From: Oscillospiraceae bacterium
GTDB taxonomy: Bacteria; Bacillota; Clostridia; Oscillospirales; Ruminococcaceae
DNA length: 64,000 nucleotides
Direction of reading: 5' to 3'
NCBI GenBank assembly: GCA_045118955.1
Contig: JBGVKB010000018.1
Span: 281-64,280 of the forward strand
Made by a program: the position numbers and the translations under genes. Below the pieces are notes generated by a model. The model ran no database searches, was not told the DNA's origin, and saw only the letters and a list, made by a program, of their open reading frames with translations. Shown here in pieces: positions 59,746 through 64,000 of this stretch; position 1 is the stretch's first letter, and each line of letters starts with the position of its first letter.

Positions 59746-59859
59746 TCGCGGGTCAAATAAGGACGTGACGCGGGCGTCAAATGCCCGCCAAAGAGACCGT
59801 AGGGCGGGCCGGCGCGGTGTCGGCCTTCCCAGCGGCTTTTGAAAAAGGAGTGTTTGAAC

Positions 59860-60396
59860 GTGGAGTTCTATCATCTGGACGTGGCCGGTCTGGGCCGCGA
59901 GCTGCCCATCTGCAAGCTGAATGAGCATCTGTCCATCGCGGGCTTCATCATGCTGGGCGACCCCGAGCTGTGCGTCGCCTGCGCGGGCGATCTGCTTAAG
60001 AAGTGCCCGGAGTTCGACGTCATTCTGACCGCCGAGGCTAAGGGCATCCCTCTGGCTCACGAGATGGCTCGTCAGAGCGGCAAGCCCTATGTGGTGGCCC
60101 GCAAGGGCGTGAAGGCCTATATGCCCGATCCTGTGGTGGTAGAGGATCAGTCCATCACCACCGCCGGCCAGCAGAAGCTGGTGGTGGATCGGGCCGAGCT
60201 GGATGCCATGAAGGGCAAGCGCGTGCTGGTCGTGGACGACGTGATCAGCACCGGCGGTTCGCTGATGGCACTGGAGCACCTGCTGGCTCACACCGAGTGC
60301 GAGGTGGTGGGCAAGGCCGCCGTGCTGGCAGAGGGTGACGCCGCCGAGCGGAAGGACATCGTCTTCCTGGAGCCGCTGCCCCTGTTCTTCCACTAA
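59860..60396 (+). CDS. Type I phosphoribosyltransferase family protein (Apt/Xpt-like)
   Basis: PRPP motif VLVVDDVISTGGSL. The GTG start at 59860 lies 9 nt after AAGGAG; the track TTG at 59839 lies upstream of that SD. Confidence 0.65.
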   Translation: MEFYHLDVAGLGRELPICKLNEHLSIAGFIMLGDPELCVACAGDLLKKCPEFDVILTAEAKGIPLAHEMARQSGKPYVVARKGVKAYMPDPVVVEDQSITTAGQQKLVVDRAELDAMKGKRVLVVDDVISTGGSLMALEHLLAHTECEVVGKAAVLAEGDAAERKDIVFLEPLPLFFH

Positions 60397-60399
60397 ATC

Positions 60400-62460
60400 A
60401 TGAGCAGACCGCTCGCCTGTATTTGCTTTGGCTTTCTGGCGGCGAGGCTGCTGTGCGTTCATGCGCCGCTGGCAGCCCTTTTGCTGCCAGCGGCTTTTTG
60501 CGCAATAAGGTTTGTTTTGCGGCGCATCGACCGCATGGATGACAATACCTCAAGTTCGCTGTTTTTGATTTCAGCCGGCATGGGTGCGGCAGCGCTGCTG
60601 AGCCTTTTGCAAATGCAGTGCTTGGTCGCGCCGCTCACCCGGCAGGCAGGCCGCGAGATCGCCATGACCGTGCGGGTAGAGAGCGTTGGCCCGTCCTATC
60701 AGGACGGTATGAACAGCGGCATCCTCACGGTGGAAGCGGAGGATGGGGGAGAGGGCGGCTACCGGGTCTACAGCGGGGCGTTTCCCGCCGCAGAGCCGGG
60801 CGATCGCTTCCGTGCCCGCTTTCTGCTGAATGCCATCGGGGACAGCGAGTATCGGCTGGCCGACTATGCCGAGGCGGCCTTTTTGGAGGCAGAGTATCTG
60901 GGTGACCATCAGCTGCTGGATCGCAGCGAGGGGCTGAAGTATCGGCTGACCCGGCTGAGCCGCGGCATGGCGCGGACGGTGGTACACACTTTGGCGCAGC
61001 CCTACGCTGGTCTGGTCGCCGCCATGAGCATCGGCGATGAATCGTTCCTCACAGAGGAGCTTTCGCTGGTGTTTCGCCGTTCGGGCATCTCCCATTTGCT
61101 GGTGGTGTCCGGTCTGCACGTGACCCTCGCCAGTCGGCTCATCACCGGCCGCCGTGCGCGCAAGGCGCGCTTTCAGCGGCTGCGGGCCGCGCTGTCCATG
61201 GTGTTCACCCTGTTTCTCATGGGGCTGGTGGGCATGACCCCATCGGTGGTGCGCGCCGGCATTGCCATGATGATCTCGGACATTGGCTGTTTTTGGCTGA
61301 CCACCGCCGACCCGCTTACCTCGCTCGGGGTGGCGGGTGTGGTGCTCTGCGCAGCCAACCCCTATGCGGTGTGCGATCTGGGGTTTCAGCTCTCCTTCTG
61401 CGCCTGCCTGGGGCTTTGTGCCTGCGGCTGGCTGATCGGGCGGCTGGAGCACCGCGGAGAAGAGACGTTTCTGCGCTCAGTTTGGTTTGCTCTGCTGAAC
61501 TGGGTGCTGCCCTCGGTGTTCGCGGCACTGTTCACCCTGCCGGTGCAGCTTCTGCAAGGGCTGATGATCAGCGGTGCATCCATCGCGGGCAATCTGCTCA
61601 CCACATGGCTGTCCGGCCCCATTACCATACTCGGTCTGCTGGCCTGCGCAGTGGGTCTGCTGCCCGGCAGTGGTGTGGCGGTGAAGCTCCTGCTCCTGCC
61701 GGCGGGACTGTGCGCCAAGCTGCTGGTCGCGCTGGCCCGCAAGGCGGCGGTTCTGCCGTTCGCCGTGCTGCCGCTGCCCAGAGCCTACACTCTGTTTGTA
61801 CTGTCGCTCCTGACCGCCATCGTGCTTCTGTGCCTTCGGTTTGGCCTTGCTCGCTGGCTCGGCGCGCTGCTCCCGGTGACGGTGAGCGCCGCTGTCCTGT
61901 TCGGGCTTTGGCTCGGGCGGGATGTGGTAAGCATCCGTCTGACCGGTGCAGCCAACAATGCCTGCGCGGTGGTCAGTCAAAATGGTGAGGCGCTGGTTTT
62001 GTTCCGCGGCGGTGCCGCCAACTGGAACCGGGTGCGCCAACAGTTGGCGCAGCTTGGCATCGACCGCCCGGAATTGGTGGTGGATCTGCGGCAAAACCCA
62101 TCGAATACAGCCCTGTTTGACGCGGAGCAGATCGTTCGCGTGGAGGATCTTGCGTCCGGTGAACCCGCCGTGATGCGCTGGCAGGGAATGTACATCACAC
62201 TTTTGGATCAGAATACAGGGAATCTCGCCGCACTGGATGCGGACGGGTACCTGATCGCAATGCATACCGGGTCACCGGTGTTTTTCGACACGGTGGCGAT
62301 CGACCTGCTGCTTGCGCCGAACTCGATCCCGCAGGGATTGGAACCGGCGGCGATCTTGACCTGCCGTATCCCGGAGAAAAGCGGAGACGCGGTGGTCTAC
62401 AGCGGGGCGGCTCCGGTTGCGGAGCTGCGTCCCGGACGAAGCATTCGCTTTGCGGGATAG
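60400..62460 (+). CDS. comEC: ComEC/Rec2-family DNA internalisation channel protein with degenerate C-terminal beta-lactamase-like domain
   Basis: DUF4131-like OB region, then a polytopic competence domain (SGISHLLVVSGLHV). The C-terminal ~190 aa lack HxHxDH. Confidence 0.8.
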   Translation: MSRPLACICFGFLAARLLCVHAPLAALLLPAAFCAIRFVLRRIDRMDDNTSSSLFLISAGMGAAALLSLLQMQCLVAPLTRQAGREIAMTVRVESVGPSYQDGMNSGILTVEAEDGGEGGYRVYSGAFPAAEPGDRFRARFLLNAIGDSEYRLADYAEAAFLEAEYLGDHQLLDRSEGLKYRLTRLSRGMARTVVHTLAQPYAGLVAAMSIGDESFLTEELSLVFRRSGISHLLVVSGLHVTLASRLITGRRARKARFQRLRAALSMVFTLFLMGLVGMTPSVVRAGIAMMISDIGCFWLTTADPLTSLGVAGVVLCAANPYAVCDLGFQLSFCACLGLCACGWLIGRLEHRGEETFLRSVWFALLNWVLPSVFAALFTLPVQLLQGLMISGASIAGNLLTTWLSGPITILGLLACAVGLLPGSGVAVKLLLLPAGLCAKLLVALARKAAVLPFAVLPLPRAYTLFVLSLLTAIVLLCLRFGLARWLGALLPVTVSAAVLFGLWLGRDVVSIRLTGAANNACAVVSQNGEALVLFRGGAANWNRVRQQLAQLGIDRPELVVDLRQNPSNTALFDAEQIVRVEDLASGEPAVMRWQGMYITLLDQNTGNLAALDADGYLIAMHTGSPVFFDTVAIDLLLAPNSIPQGLEPAAILTCRIPEKSGDAVVYSGAAPVAELRPGRSIRFAG

Positions 62461-62513
62461 GGCGAAGACCTGACAAACTTCGGCGGTGAATGAGCCGCAG
62501 CTTGAGGTGAAGC

Positions 62514-63533
62514 ATGAGCTACGAACCCAAAAAACTGAAGGAAGCGCTGGAAAACGGCTGCCCGGTGTTCTATTTCTATTCCACCGAGGAGTATCTGCTC
62601 CAGAGCCATGCCCAAAAAGCGCTGTCAGTGCTGGAAAAAGAGGACCCCGACATGACCCGCATCGACGGCCCGACCCCCGATGTGGAGGAGATCCTTCTGG
62701 CGGCAGGCACGGTGTCCTTTTTCAGCACCCGGCGAGTGGTATTTCTGCCATTGCTGCGTCCCACCACCTACGCAGAGGAGGATTTCAAGCTGCTTTGTGA
62801 CGCACTGTCCACCGCGGAAAACGCGGTCTTTGTCATCACCTCGCTGTTTGAAGAAAAGCAAAAAAAGGCGAAGCGGGTGACCAAATTCATCGAGCTGTGC
62901 GGGAAGCTGGGCTTTGCGGCCGAGCTGACCCGTTCTTCGCAAAGCGAACTGGTCAAGGAGCTGCAGCGCCGCGCCAAGACCCTCAAGACCGAGCTGCCGG
63001 ACGCTGCTGCCCGCGCCATGATCGAGCGCAGCGGGCAGGATCGGTTCCTGCTGGACAACGAGCTGGACAAGCTGGCGGCGCTCTGCGGCTACACCCGCAT
63101 CACCGAGGAGCTGGTGGCGCAGGCCGGGACGCAGAATTTGGACGCAGATGTGTTTGAAATGACCAATCTCATCACCTCTGGGCGCACTGCGGCCGCCTGC
63201 CAGAAGCTGAACACACTGTTGCAAATGCAGAACGAGGCGATTCCCATTACGGCGGCGATGATCGGTGTGTTCACGGATATGTACCGCGTCCGCTGCGGCA
63301 TGAATGCCGGTCGGTCGTACACTGATGTATACAAGGATTTCAAATACGGCGGCAAGGATTGGCGGCTGAAAAAAGCGGGAGACTCCTCCCGAAGATACAG
63401 TATGAGCCAGTTGGCGCGCTGTCTGGATCTTCTGCAGGAGCTGGATGAAAAGCTGAAAAGCTCCCCCGTGAAGGACGAGATCCTGCTGCAGACCACGGTC
63501 TGCCGTCTGGCGGAGATCGGAGGGCGAAAATGA
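62514..63533 (+). CDS. holA: DNA polymerase III delta subunit
   Basis: Size, position after comEC (as in Bacillus), and an N-terminus PVFYFYSTEEYLL typical of HolA. The family is weakly conserved, so identity rests partly on synteny. Confidence 0.8.
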   Translation: MSYEPKKLKEALENGCPVFYFYSTEEYLLQSHAQKALSVLEKEDPDMTRIDGPTPDVEEILLAAGTVSFFSTRRVVFLPLLRPTTYAEEDFKLLCDALSTAENAVFVITSLFEEKQKKAKRVTKFIELCGKLGFAAELTRSSQSELVKELQRRAKTLKTELPDAAARAMIERSGQDRFLLDNELDKLAALCGYTRITEELVAQAGTQNLDADVFEMTNLITSGRTAAACQKLNTLLQMQNEAIPITAAMIGVFTDMYRVRCGMNAGRSYTDVYKDFKYGGKDWRLKKAGDSSRRYSMSQLARCLDLLQELDEKLKSSPVKDEILLQTTVCRLAEIGGRK

Positions 63534-64000
63534 GCGAAAAACTGCGGCTGGAACAGGTCATCCTCGTGGAGGGGCGGTACGATGCAGCCAAGCTGAGCAG
63601 TCTGGTGGACGGCCTTATTTTGATCACCGACGGCTTTGCCATCTACAAGGACAAGGAAAAGCAGGCGCTTTTGAAAGAGCTGGGCCGCCGGCGCGGGGTC
63701 ATCATCCTCACCGACTCGGACGCGGCGGGATTCCGTATCCGAAACTTCGTCAGCAACCTTGTGGGCGAAAAGTACGTCAGTCAGGCGTATGTGCCCGCCA
63801 TTAAGGGCAAGGAATCCCGCAAGGAAAAGCCCGGCAAAGAGGGCCTTCTGGGTGTGGAGGGCGTCCCGGCTGAATTGATCCGCCAAGCGCTCCTCACTGC
63901 CGGTGGGCGGGAACAAAAGCCCCGAACCGGCCGTGAGATCACCTACAGCGACCTGTTCGACTGGGGGCTTTCGGGCAGTGCGGGCTGTGCCGATGCTCGG
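63530..64000 (+). CDS. Toprim-domain protein (RNase M5-like), 3' end outside window
   Basis: Not in the ORF track because it runs off the window. ATG at 63530 overlaps the holA TGA (ATGA). Sequence MSEKLRLEQVILVEGRYDAAKL...GVIILTDSDAAGFRIRNF matches the Toprim E...DxD layout of RNase M5. Confidence 0.7.
   Translation, partial: MSEKLRLEQVILVEGRYDAAKLSSLVDGLILITDGFAIYKDKEKQALLKELGRRRGVIILTDSDAAGFRIRNFVSNLVGEKYVSQAYVPAIKGKESRKEKPGKEGLLGVEGVPAELIRQALLTAGGREQKPRTGREITYSDLFDWGLSGSAGCADAR

Noticed and set aside
59860-60396. The PRTase gene directly upstream of comEC as the competence protein ComFC.
   Set aside because: ComFC homologues carry an N-terminal four-Cys zinc finger and are longer. This protein lacks that finger and looks like a purine PRTase (Apt/Xpt-like), so adjacency alone is insufficient.

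Overview
This window is a visibly GC-rich, Gram-positive (Firmicutes/Clostridia-type) chromosomal core region. The gene content suggests an Oscillospiraceae/Ruminococcaceae-like organism, but I cannot confirm the taxon without a database search. Almost every base is explained by tightly packed, recognisable housekeeping genes. In order these are: a sortase-anchored surface protein tail; a thioredoxin/thioredoxin-reductase fusion; tRNA-Ala(GGC); a nuclease-XPD/DinG helicase plus an orphan P-loop ATPase; hprK-glcK-murB-rapZ-whiA-dnaE-pfkA; radC; uvrBA; miaB-(ylbF/ymcA family)-mutS-mutL-miaA; the sepF-ylmH-divIVA-ileS-lspA-rluD division cluster; split transketolase; a DnaD-like/DnaI-like replication pair; ddh; a PatB-like lyase; a RumA-type methyltransferase; AraC/galK; a SipL-like/spoIVA/class-B PBP sporulation module; T-box-controlled alaS; a HIT protein; a PRTase; comEC; holA; and a partial Toprim (RNase M5-like) gene. 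I found no CRISPR array, transposase, integrase, toxin-antitoxin pair or recognisable defence island, and I see no convincing previously undescribed multi-gene system. The long antisense ORFs in the track are high-GC artefacts. The items most worth a second look are modest. They are the N-terminal CPHC-thioredoxin fused to TrxR, the PD-(D/E)XK nuclease-helicase with a stop/start-overlapping 50-aa membrane micro-ORF and a neighbouring uncharacterised ATPase, the operonic SipL-like/SpoIVA pair, degenerate catalytic motifs in a HAD protein and in ComEC, and several unexplained operator-like repeats. All coordinates, motifs and hairpins were read by eye from the sequence. Family assignments rest on recalled motifs, not on searches.
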